16,755 nucleotides of DNA from NCBI GenBank assembly GCA_040752415.1, contig JBFMGU010000230.1:1-16755 (forward strand). The letters run 5' to 3'. The DNA comes from Myxococcota bacterium (GTDB lineage Bacteria; Myxococcota; JACRCW01). A program made the translations under genes and the position numbers. Below are positions 1-8,500 of the stretch, in pieces (positions within the stretch are counted from its first letter, which is position 1; each line of letters opens with the position of its first letter). Under the pieces are notes generated by a model, which did no database searches, was not told the DNA's origin, and worked only from the letters and a program-made list of their open reading frames with translations.

Positions 1-811
1 GCGCTCCCACCTGCGCGAGGTTCAGCAGCCCGTCGACGGTGCGGAGCGCCGGGTTGTCACGGATGACCAGCTCACCACCCACCTGCACCAGGTTCGCCAA
101 CGCATCCACCTGCTGCAGCGCCTGGTTCCCGCCCAGCTCGTGGCCAATGAGCAGACGCCCGCCCACGCGACGGAGCCCGCCCAGCACATCCAGGTCCAGC
201 AGCGGCGTTCCCAGGATGACGACGTCACCGGTGACCTCGAAGCACTCGCCGGGTTGCACGCCGTGCAGCGCCAGCGAGGTCTCCGGGTGTTGCGGGTCGG
301 TCTCCGGTCCCAGCACCAGGCTGGAGGGAACCACGCGCGCGTCGACGCTGCAGTCCAGGCGCGGCGTCAGGTCCGGACCTTCCCGCCCCGTCCCGGTCAT
401 CACCAGGGGAACCTGCTCGTCGGGGAATTCCGCCCACAGCGTGGCCACCACGTCGCCGGCGCGCGGAGCCAGGAACTGCACCGTGAGGCTGATCTCCTCA
501 CCGGGATACAACGCGCGCTCGACGGCCGCGGCGCCCTCGTCGTCAAACACCATCCAGGTGTCCCGGTCCCCCTGCACGCGTGGCACAAAGGGACGCTGCG
601 CATCCACGCAGTTGCGGACCACCACGGTGCGGTAGACCGGCCGCCCCACCACCTGCGCGCCCAGCTCCAACGGCCCACCCGGCGTCAGCGCGGTGCAGCC
701 GTCAATGCGCTGCGGGGGCGGGACCGGCGCCTCACCCAGCTCGACGGTGAATGAGCACGCGCCGGTGGCGACAAGCATGATGGCCAACCAACATCCGCGC
801 CGCAGCCGCAC
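1..811 (-). CDS. Putative lipoprotein with an Ig-like (ASH/choice-of-anchor-D-like) domain followed by receptor-L-domain-like leucine-rich repeats; 3' end runs off the window
   Basis: Absent from the ORF track because it has no stop in the window; translated by hand. GTG at 811 with GGAGGGAG 6 nt upstream (in-frame ATG also at 889). N-terminus MRLRRGCWLAIMLVATGAC is lipobox-like (Cys19). ~676-380 encodes GPLELGAQVVGRPVYRTVVVRNC...LYPGEEISLTVQFLAPRAGDVVATL...VPLVMTGTG. ~247-2 encodes ECFEVTGDVVI, LDVLGGLRRVGGRLLI..NQAL, VDALANLVQVGGELVIRDNPAL, VDGLLNLAQVG. Confidence 0.8.
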   Translation of the reverse strand, partial: MRLRRGCWLAIMLVATGACSFTVELGEAPVPPPQRIDGCTALTPGGPLELGAQVVGRPVYRTVVVRNCVDAQRPFVPRVQGDRDTWMVFDDEGAAAVERALYPGEEISLTVQFLAPRAGDVVATLWAEFPDEQVPLVMTGTGREGPDLTPRLDCSVDARVVPSSLVLGPETDPQHPETSLALHGVQPGECFEVTGDVVILGTPLLDLDVLGGLRRVGGRLLIGHELGGNQALQQVDALANLVQVGGELVIRDNPALRTVDGLLNLAQVGA

Positions 812-848
812 ACCACGCTCCCTCCGCCCGTGACGGGCCCATCCGGTG

Positions 849-931
849 CCATTTGGGCGCAGCCCGGCAGATCCGTCACGGGCATTCATTTTTCTTCTTC
901 GTGACGGATCCGGAAGGCGCTGCCCAAACGG
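849..931. promoter_or_regulatory. Back-to-back divergent bipartite motif CGTGACGGATC-N11-GCCCAAAYGG (candidate ECF-sigma promoters)
   Basis: Plus copy 900-931: CGTGACGGATC cggaaggcgct GCCCAAACGG. Minus copy 880-849: CGTGACGGATC tgccgggctgc GCCCAAATGG. A T-rich 19-nt spacer (881-899) separates them, and each copy points at a lipoprotein gene. Confidence 0.6.
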
Positions 932-977
932 GGACTGCCAACGGCGTGCACCGTGTGGCACATAGGAGCCTTTCATC

Positions 978-3143
978 ATGAAGCGACTTCCAATTCAAAT
1001 GGGCACTCTGGCCGGGTTGCTGGCCGTTGGTCTGACCGCGGCGTGCGGCAATGGCACGGAGGACCCCGGCGCGGCGGCGGGCGGGGCGTCTTCCTCGTCG
1101 TCATCAACCTCTTCCGGCGGTTCCTCGTCGGGCGGCAGCAGTGGGAACCTTCACGTGGTGCGCGCGGAGACCAACGGCGCGCTCAACGGTTCCGACCTGG
1201 GCGCCGCGCTGCAATGGCATGCCTACAACCAGGAGCTGCTGGACTGCCTGGCGCCCATCGTCGTCGAACCGCCGCTGGACCTGGAGGATCCCGACGACCA
1301 CGCCACGCTCAACCAGCTGGGGCTGTGCGCGCACCTGCACGCGTATGGCCGCGTGGCGGCGGAGGGCGTCCCGCTGGATCCCAGCAGCAACAGCTTCGAG
1401 GTCCCCATCACGGAGATCCCCGAGCCCGCGTTGCTCACCGTCGGAGAGAGCTCGGAGTTCGGGTTGGGCGCGGTGGTGGTGTTCCGCGACGGCAACGGCA
1501 ACGCCCGCCTGGACATGGTGACGCCCGGCGCGCAGGAGTCCGTCGACACCATCCTGGGCGCCAGCGTGGCGGTGGATGAGTCCGCCGTGCAGGACATGTT
1601 GGTGCTGTATCGCAACGGTGAGCTGTCACCGCTGTGGAAGCTGTTCCAGGGCCTCTATGACTGCACCGTGGAGCCGCCGCAGGGCTTCTCCATCCTCAAG
1701 GTCACCATCGACGACATGACGGGCCTGTTCAACTGCACCATCCTCACGGAAGGCACCGTGGAGGTGGCACTGCGCAACAGCCCGGAGATGCGCAGCCTCA
1801 TCTGCCTGCCCGGCGCTGAAGGCCCGCCCTACCGCTACCCGGAGGAGCCGCTGCCCGCCGACGCGGTGGCGGAGTGCTTCGGCATGGAGACGGTGTACTT
1901 CACCACCACGCCGGATTCCGTGTGCCCCATCGTCGAGCGCTACGACCTGATTGGCTGCTCCGACCCCAGCAGCCCCGAGGCGTGTCGCGCCAGCATCTGG
2001 GACATCACCGGGAATCCGCCCTCCTGGTGGCCCTGCACCGGCGGCGGCGGAGACGGCGCCAGCGTGGCGCTGGTGGACGAGCCCGGCGACGTCACCGACG
2101 GACAGGACATCCTCTTCACGCTGGAGCACCGCGGCGGAACGCTGACCATCCCGGTGGACGCGCTGCGGGTGGACGTGGTGGTGGATGAGACCGGCCGCAC
2201 CGTCACCCTGGGAGCGGAGAGCATCACGCTGGTGGACAACGACGAGAACACGGTCTTCTCCGCGGGCGACGCGCTGTTGGTGGCGGAGAACGGCGTCAAC
2301 CTCTTTGGCAGCCTGACCGAGCCGGGGAACTATCCCGTGACGCTGCTGGATACCCGCACCACGCCGCCGCGCCAGGTCTCCTCCCAGTGGTGGGTTCCGC
2401 GCGCGCTGCCGCCGCCGCTCGACGAGCAGCCCATCCAGCTCGTCATCGAGGATGACCCCGCGCCGCTCACCGAGAATCCCGACGTCCTCTTCACCGCGCG
2501 CTTTGACGACGTCATGCGCAGCTTGCCCATCTCCGACATCCGCGTGGATGTCATGGACGGCTGTGAGCCGCCGGTGACCTTCGCGGGCACCCAGCACCTC
2601 TCGCTGGTGAGCGGCGACGACGACACCACCTGGGAAACGGGCGAGCTGCTGCGCGTCCAGGAATCCGCCGACGTGCACATGTGGTTCACCGCGCCCTACC
2701 ACTTCACCCACTGCGTGAGCGTGAGCGTGCGTCGTGGCTTCAACTACTACGAGCACGTGGCGTGGGGTGCGTGGAGCGGCGCGGAGGTCGCGCTGGAGGA
2801 CGCGCCCGGGTCGCTGACCGCCGGGGCGGACATCCTGTTCACCGTCACCATGGTCGCGGGCCATGCCGCGGTGCCGCTGACCGACCTGCAGGCGCGCATC
2901 TACCGGTACATTCCCGGCGTGTCGTCGGAGGAGATTGCGCTGCTGACGGCGGCAAGCGGCGCGGCGACCCTCACCACCGACCGCAACGGTGATGGCCGCT
3001 TCGGTCGTGACGACGTGCTGACGGTGCGGGAGGTGGAGCCGGTGGCGGGATTGGCCGAGGACGCGCAGGACCTGGCCGTCTATCTCGAGGACAGCCAGGG
3101 CAACATGGTGGGCTACGCGTCCTGGACCAGCGGCGCGCAGTGA
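978..3143 (+). CDS. 721-aa lipoprotein: short Ser/Gly linker, Cys-rich N-terminal region, three tandem C-terminal beta-rich repeats
   Basis: AGGAG at 964-968; signal MKRLPIQMGTLAGLLAVGLTAAC (Cys23); strong GC3 bias; Ca-loop-like FRDGNGNARLD; repeats begin VALVDEPGDVTDGQDILFT, LVIEDDPAPLTENPDVLFT and VALEDAPGSLTAGADILFT. Confidence 0.9.
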   Translation: MKRLPIQMGTLAGLLAVGLTAACGNGTEDPGAAAGGASSSSSSTSSGGSSSGGSSGNLHVVRAETNGALNGSDLGAALQWHAYNQELLDCLAPIVVEPPLDLEDPDDHATLNQLGLCAHLHAYGRVAAEGVPLDPSSNSFEVPITEIPEPALLTVGESSEFGLGAVVVFRDGNGNARLDMVTPGAQESVDTILGASVAVDESAVQDMLVLYRNGELSPLWKLFQGLYDCTVEPPQGFSILKVTIDDMTGLFNCTILTEGTVEVALRNSPEMRSLICLPGAEGPPYRYPEEPLPADAVAECFGMETVYFTTTPDSVCPIVERYDLIGCSDPSSPEACRASIWDITGNPPSWWPCTGGGGDGASVALVDEPGDVTDGQDILFTLEHRGGTLTIPVDALRVDVVVDETGRTVTLGAESITLVDNDENTVFSAGDALLVAENGVNLFGSLTEPGNYPVTLLDTRTTPPRQVSSQWWVPRALPPPLDEQPIQLVIEDDPAPLTENPDVLFTARFDDVMRSLPISDIRVDVMDGCEPPVTFAGTQHLSLVSGDDDTTWETGELLRVQESADVHMWFTAPYHFTHCVSVSVRRGFNYYEHVAWGAWSGAEVALEDAPGSLTAGADILFTVTMVAGHAAVPLTDLQARIYRYIPGVSSEEIALLTAASGAATLTTDRNGDGRFGRDDVLTVREVEPVAGLAEDAQDLAVYLEDSQGNMVGYASWTSGAQ

Positions 3144-3212
3144 TTCCCACGTCGTGGCGCGGGTCCCCGCGACGGCGGACCACGTCGTCGATCCCCGCGC
3201 CACGACGGGAAT
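3143..3212. repeat. Long GC-rich intergenic hairpin right after the stop codon (REP-like element or terminator without U-tract)
   Basis: ATTCCC(ac)GTCGTGGCGCGGG (3143-3163) pairs with CCCGCGCCACGACGGGAAT (3194-3212): 19 bp with a 2-nt bulge. Inner stem CGACGGCG/CGTCGTCG. Confidence 0.75.
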
Positions 3213-3341
3213 GACCACGGTCCCGCACACTGTGTGAACAGGTAGGCAAACGTCATCACGACGGAAACCACGGAACGCTCTCGGATCTCCGCCCGATACA
3301 GGCGCACGCTTCACGGGGCGCGCCCCCACGGAGGTTCCGAC

Positions 3342-4493
3342 ATGACCACCCTGCGCACCGCATCCGCTCCGCGTTCCGTGTCCCTGGCTCCCGTCGTCAT
3401 GACCATGGAAGTCAGCGCTCCCGCCAAGGCCGCGGCCCCCGCCAGCGTTCCCACCCCGGACCGGCCCACCACGACAACGTCGACACCGGTGCGGACCGCA
3501 TCCGCGGAGAGCGCCCACAGCGCCATGCTCATGCAGCGCCACAGCATCCACGCGGGGCTCATGCAGAGCCGGATCACCCGGTCCCTGCCTGAGCGTGACG
3601 ACGTGAAGTCGCAGGGTGGGCGCGTTTCCCTGGACACGGACGAGGACGCCAAGGCGGAAGAGCGCGTGGCCAAGGGCAACACCATCCACGGCAAGACGTT
3701 CACCGGCGCCACGCTGCAGACGGACCTGGTGGCCCGCAAGGAGTTCGTCTCCGGGATGACCCAGGTCGACGGCGACAAGTCCACCAGCATCGACACGCGG
3801 ACCTGCGGCCCCATGGCGCTGCTGGGCGGCATGATGCTGAAGGATCCCAGCAGCGTGCAGAAGCTGGCGGGCAAGCTGAAGGACGACAAGCGGGTCAAGA
3901 ACGACCCGGCGTTCCGCCAGGCGCTGGAGCGCATCCACAGCGGCAAGTACTCGCCCAGCGACGTGCGCACCCTGGCCGAGGTGATGTCGCGCAAGTACAT
4001 CAACGTCAGCAACGGGGCTTCCACCGACGAGATGATGAAGCTGGTGGGCAAGTGCCGCGAGATGCTGGGCAACGACATGCCCGACGTCGTCCTGCACCGG
4101 TATTCGAGCACGAAGGACCCAGCCGGCGGCTCACATTGGCAGGCCTACGCCAACGGTATCGAGTACGACCCGTGGCCGGGCGAGGACGGAAAGGCCGTGC
4201 TCACCGAGGGCAACAAGGGCCTGGCCCACGGCGGCGGCCACTACACCGACGGTGGCGTGCACACGAAGATCTTCGTCAAGGAGCACGGCAAGAAGCTCAC
4301 CATCGAGCGCTACACCGGCGCGGACAAGAGCGGGAAGGTGCACACCAACCAGCAGAAGCCCGTGGCCACCTACGAGTACGAGATGAAGGATTGGTTCGGC
4401 TACAACTACACGCGCACCGCCACCACCGGCATCACGCTGGATCCCAAGGAGGAGCCGGGCCGGACGGAGACGGATCCCACCGTGGTGGTGTGA
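3342..4493 (+). CDS. 383-aa hypothetical protein with a probable papain-like/C39-like cysteine hydrolase domain and a low-complexity N-terminus
   Basis: GGAGG upstream of the ATG; strong GC3 bias; motifs TQ...TCGPMALL (C155), GSHWQAY (H265), YDPWP (D276); no hydrophobic signal peptide. Confidence 0.8.
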   Translation: MTTLRTASAPRSVSLAPVVMTMEVSAPAKAAAPASVPTPDRPTTTTSTPVRTASAESAHSAMLMQRHSIHAGLMQSRITRSLPERDDVKSQGGRVSLDTDEDAKAEERVAKGNTIHGKTFTGATLQTDLVARKEFVSGMTQVDGDKSTSIDTRTCGPMALLGGMMLKDPSSVQKLAGKLKDDKRVKNDPAFRQALERIHSGKYSPSDVRTLAEVMSRKYINVSNGASTDEMMKLVGKCREMLGNDMPDVVLHRYSSTKDPAGGSHWQAYANGIEYDPWPGEDGKAVLTEGNKGLAHGGGHYTDGGVHTKIFVKEHGKKLTIERYTGADKSGKVHTNQQKPVATYEYEMKDWFGYNYTRTATTGITLDPKEEPGRTETDPTVVV

Positions 4494-4496
4494 TGC

Positions 4497-5453
4497 TTAG
4501 TCTTCCTTAGGCCAATCCGGGGACACCAGCTCCATGGGCCCGTTCTGCCACGACGCGTACGCGGCCTCATCCGCCACCACGTAGCGCCGGCCAAAGGTCC
4601 TCTCGAAGTAGGCGCCCCAGTCCGGCTGGGAGCCGTCCACGTCCTTGAAGCCGTACTCCCGGGCCAGCTGCCACGAGCTCCACACGCGTCCCGCCTTGGC
4701 GCCCACGTTGGGATCCGTCGCCAGCGCGGCCACCGCCTTGCCCACGTAGAACGGCGTCTCCGACGCGATGAAGTGGGGCTCCTTGGCGGTACCGTCGCGC
4801 CAGTTGGCCTCGGTCACCCCAAAGAGGTCGAGCATGGCCTCCGAGCGCAGGAACCCCGGCGTCACCGCCAACGACGTGATGGGGTGACGTCGCAGCTCAC
4901 GCGCCATGTCGAACGCCAGCCGGATCACCGCCATCTTCACGAGGTCGTAGAGGAGGTTGCCGCGGTAGCCGAAGCTGTCCCCGTCGGTGATCTCCACGAC
5001 CAGGCCGCGCCGGCGTTCCAGCATGAGCGGCACGGCGTAGCGGGCGGTGATGATGTGCGAGAGCAGGCTGCGCTCCAGCATCAGCCGGGCCTTGGCGAGG
5101 TCCAGCTTCCAGAACGGCTGGCCGAACTCGGTGAGCTCGTCGCCGCCCCAGACGTCATTCACCAGCACGTCCAGCTGGCCGTGTTCCTGCTTGATGCGCG
5201 CGCACAGCGCCTCCACCTGCGCGTCCACGGTGTGGTCCACCTGGATGGCCACGCCCCGTCCGCCGCGCGCCGTCACCATCTCCGCGGTCTCCTCAATGGT
5301 CTCCGGGCGCGTCCCGGTGGCCGGTTTCCCCCGGACGCTGCGACCGGTGCAGATCACCGTGGCGCCGGCCTCGCCCAGCATGCACGCAATGCCTCGCCCT
5401 GCGCCGCGGGTCGCGCCCGCCACCAGGGCCACCTTTCCTTCGAGTTTCTTCAT
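4497..5453 (-). CDS. SDR family NAD(P)-dependent oxidoreductase (DHRS1-like)
   Basis: KVALVAGATRGAGRGIA Rossmann motif, LDVLVND, catalytic YDLVK (YxxxK), PGFLRSE; AAGGAG ribosome-binding site at 5468-5463. Confidence 0.95.
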   Translation of the reverse strand: MKKLEGKVALVAGATRGAGRGIACMLGEAGATVICTGRSVRGKPATGTRPETIEETAEMVTARGGRGVAIQVDHTVDAQVEALCARIKQEHGQLDVLVNDVWGGDELTEFGQPFWKLDLAKARLMLERSLLSHIITARYAVPLMLERRRGLVVEITDGDSFGYRGNLLYDLVKMAVIRLAFDMARELRRHPITSLAVTPGFLRSEAMLDLFGVTEANWRDGTAKEPHFIASETPFYVGKAVAALATDPNVGAKAGRVWSSWQLAREYGFKDVDGSQPDWGAYFERTFGRRYVVADEAAYASWQNGPMELVSPDWPKED

Positions 5454-5476
5454 GGGATGAAGCTCCTTTCCGCCGC

Positions 5477-5510
5477 ACCCTAAGGCCGCCCTGTGTCAAC
5501 TTTTGTCAGG
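5477..5510 (-). promoter_or_regulatory. Candidate promoter/operator of the SDR gene: CCTGACA-N5-TGACAC-N10-TA-N3-T
   Basis: Minus strand reads cctgacaaaagttgacacagggcggccttagggt: two TGACA half-sites, and a TAGGGT -10-like hexamer 10 nt after TGACAC. Confidence 0.4.
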
Positions 5511-5554
5511 TTTGTGGCGTCGTGGTTTTCCGGGACGGAGGAAACCCCGGGCTG

Positions 5555-8500
5555 TCAGATCCGCAGCAACACGGGAACGGCGCGCACCCCGGTGGCCGAC
5601 GAGATGGCGGCGGCATAGTGGCGCACCTGCGCCTTGTAGACCTCCAGCGCCTTCTCCATCTCCGCGTCGGTCTTGAAGTCCACCACGGTCCAGGTGTTCC
5701 CGTCGTGGAAGGCCAGGTCCACCACGCCTTCCAGCAACGTGCCGTCGGGCTCACGCAAGGTGACCGGCGTTTCCCGACGGAGCTTGCCCCGCCCCACCGC
5801 GTCCCGCGCGCGCTGCAGGATGGGATGGGACAACGCGTGGTGCACCGCCCGCGACGCATTCCGCACTTCCTCCGCGGTGGCCCCGAGCACCCGCGCCTGG
5901 GCCTCCGCCACCTGCTGCACCTGCTCCGCCGTGGCGTCGAGGGGAATCACCGCCAACACCGCGTGCACCAGGCTGCCGTAGCGGATGCCGGCGGAGGCGC
6001 CCTGGCGCGGGAGCTCCACCACGGTGACCTCCATGGTGGGCGCGTGGGGACCGGGCGGCTCCTCGGCGCGCTCGGTGATCGTCTTGACCTCGAGGGAGGG
6101 CGTGGTCCCCTGCGCCACCGCGGCATCCCGCGCGTTGCGCCACGCTTCGTGCGCCTTCACGTCCGCGGCCACCACGTCGGGGGGCGCGTCCTTGCCCAGC
6201 AGCTCCTCCTGGCGCAATCCAAAGCTCGGCTGCTCACCCAGCTTGAGCACCTGCGGGTCCCACCACACCACGCCGTGGTCGCCCATGACGTGCCAGCCCG
6301 GCGCCACCGTGGCCATGCCCCGCCCGTCGATGGAGGGGCGCTCCAACACGGTGTCCTTGCCAAACGCGGGACACCCCGGCGCCTTCATCGGTCGTCGACA
6401 ACGGTCCTCATCCGGGTACACCGCGTCGTACAGCGGGCTGAACCAGCTTCCTTCGTACTTCCCGTCGCCAACACCGGGGATGACCAGCAGGTCGCGCGCC
6501 CGCGTGGCGGCCACGTAGGCCACCCGCACGCCCTCCGCTTCCTCGCGCCCCAGCTCCTCCGCTTCGTGCTCCAGCAGCTCCCGCGGCAGCCAGCTGGCAA
6601 TGCGTTGCACACACAGGTTGCGCGCGGTGTCGAGATGACGCGCGGCGTGCGTGAAGGTCATCCGCGCCGTCATGTCCGCCAGGATCACCACCGGGAACTC
6701 CAGCCCCTTGGCCTTGTGCACCGTCATGATGCGCACGCCGTCGGTGCCCTCCTCGAGGATCGGCGCTTCCGGTGCGTTGCCCGCGCCCGCGTCGTCCTGG
6801 AGCTGCTCCACGAAGCCGCGGAAGGAGATTCCCCCGGACGCCTCGTACTGCCGCGCCAGCTCGGCCAGGTGCAGCACGTTGGCCAGCGCCTGCTCACCGC
6901 TTCGTCGCAACACGAAGCCGGCGTGCGCGCGCGTGGCCTCGAGCAGGAGGCTGATGGTCTCCGCCACCGGACGACGATTGCGCTCACGGTGCAACCGGCG
7001 CAGCAACGCCAGCGCCTGCACCACCGGCTCCAGCTCGGGGGCGGCCAGCGCCTCCGGGATGCGGAACGGGTGGAAGCGCCCGTGCGCGTGGCGGTAGTGC
7101 AAGAGCACGTCGTCGGGGATGGCAAACAGCGAGCCCTTCAGCGTGGCGAACACGCTCAGCTCGTCGTCGGGCCACTCCATGGCGCTGAGGGCCGCGCGCA
7201 CCGTCTCCACCTCCTGGCGGTGATGGAACGAGCGGCCTCCGACGAGCAGATGCGGAACACTCCGCGCCTCCAGCGCCTGCACGTAGGGACGGGTGATGTC
7301 GTTGCCAAAGCTCTCCAGGCGACGGGTGAGCAGGCAGATATGTCGGGGCTGGATGGGAATCCGCTCCTCGGGGCGCTCGCGCTCGGTGACGGTCCAGCCG
7401 CTCTCGGTCAGCAGCCAGTGCACGTACGCGCCCACCGCGTCGGGGAGCGACTCCTCGATGGCCCACGCCGTGATGCCGCGCTTGCCATAGGGTCGCGGAA
7501 CCGGGAGCACCACGACGGAAGGCTGCCCGCGGTAATCCTCCCGCACCGGCGAGAGCGGGACGTAGCTGGCCTGCAGCTTCTCCGCGCTCCCGTCCATCAC
7601 CGACGTGAACGCCTGGTTCACCACCTGCTGGATGGTGCGCACCGCGCGGAAGCTGCTGGTGAGCTGCACGCACAACGCTCCGCGCTCCTCCATCATGCGC
7701 TTCACGTCCTGGTAGATGCCCACGTCGGCGCGACGGAACCGGTAGATGGACTGCTTGGGGTCCCCCACCACGAACAGCTTGCCGGGCGCGGGCACCACGT
7801 CGCGCCACACGCGCTGCGCGGGATCATTGGCGGCGAGGAGGAGCAGGATCTCGGCCTGCAGCGGGTCGGTGTCCTGGAACTCGTCGACGAAGATGTGGCT
7901 GAAGCGTTTCTGGAAATGGGCGCGGACGTCGTCATGGTCGCGCAGCAGGTCGCGCGCGCGCACCAGCAGGTCCACGAAGTCCAGTCTCCCGGTGCGCTGC
8001 TTCAGCGTCTCATAACCCGCCAGGCTCCCCTGCAGCTCGCCGTGGAGCAGCGCGGCCAGGTCGGCATCCGCGTCCTCCTGGAAGCGACGCAAGGCGGCCA
8101 GCAACGCGTCATGCGCGGACAGCACCTGCTGGCGGGGAATGCCCTGGCCAAACAGGTCCCCGTAGCCCTGGCGCGGCTTGGCAAAGAAGCGGTCGCGCAG
8201 CAGGTTGATGAGCGTGGACTCCATGGCATCGTCGTCACGACGGCCCAGCTCGGCCAGGCGGCGCACGTCGTCGCTGAGGCGGCGGGCGCGTGCGGTGTCC
8301 TGGTGGAGGTTGTCGTTGTCCCGTCGGGGATTGCGGGTGAGGTCGGCCAGCGCGTGGACCTTCTCCAGCACCTCGTCGATGGCCTTGGCGCGGGCGAACT
8401 CTGGGCGTTGCCACGGCGTGGGGAAGTCCCGCCAGCCCACCAGGGTCCAACCGGCGCGACGCAACCGCTCCACCGGTCCGTCATCCTCCCACTCACCCCC

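Noticed and set aside
955..972. TGGCAC as a sigma54 -24 box upstream of 978
   Set aside because: No GC at the required GG-N10-GC position, and it overlaps the ribosome-binding site.
1626..4097. 823-aa minus-strand ORF spanning two genes
   Set aside because: Antisense shadow of the 978-3143 and 3342-4493 genes, with the His/Arg/Val-rich composition typical of such frames.
5518..5525. CGTCGTGG as a third copy of the palindromic-element motif
   Set aside because: Only 8 bp with no inverted partner nearby; plausible by chance in GC-rich DNA.
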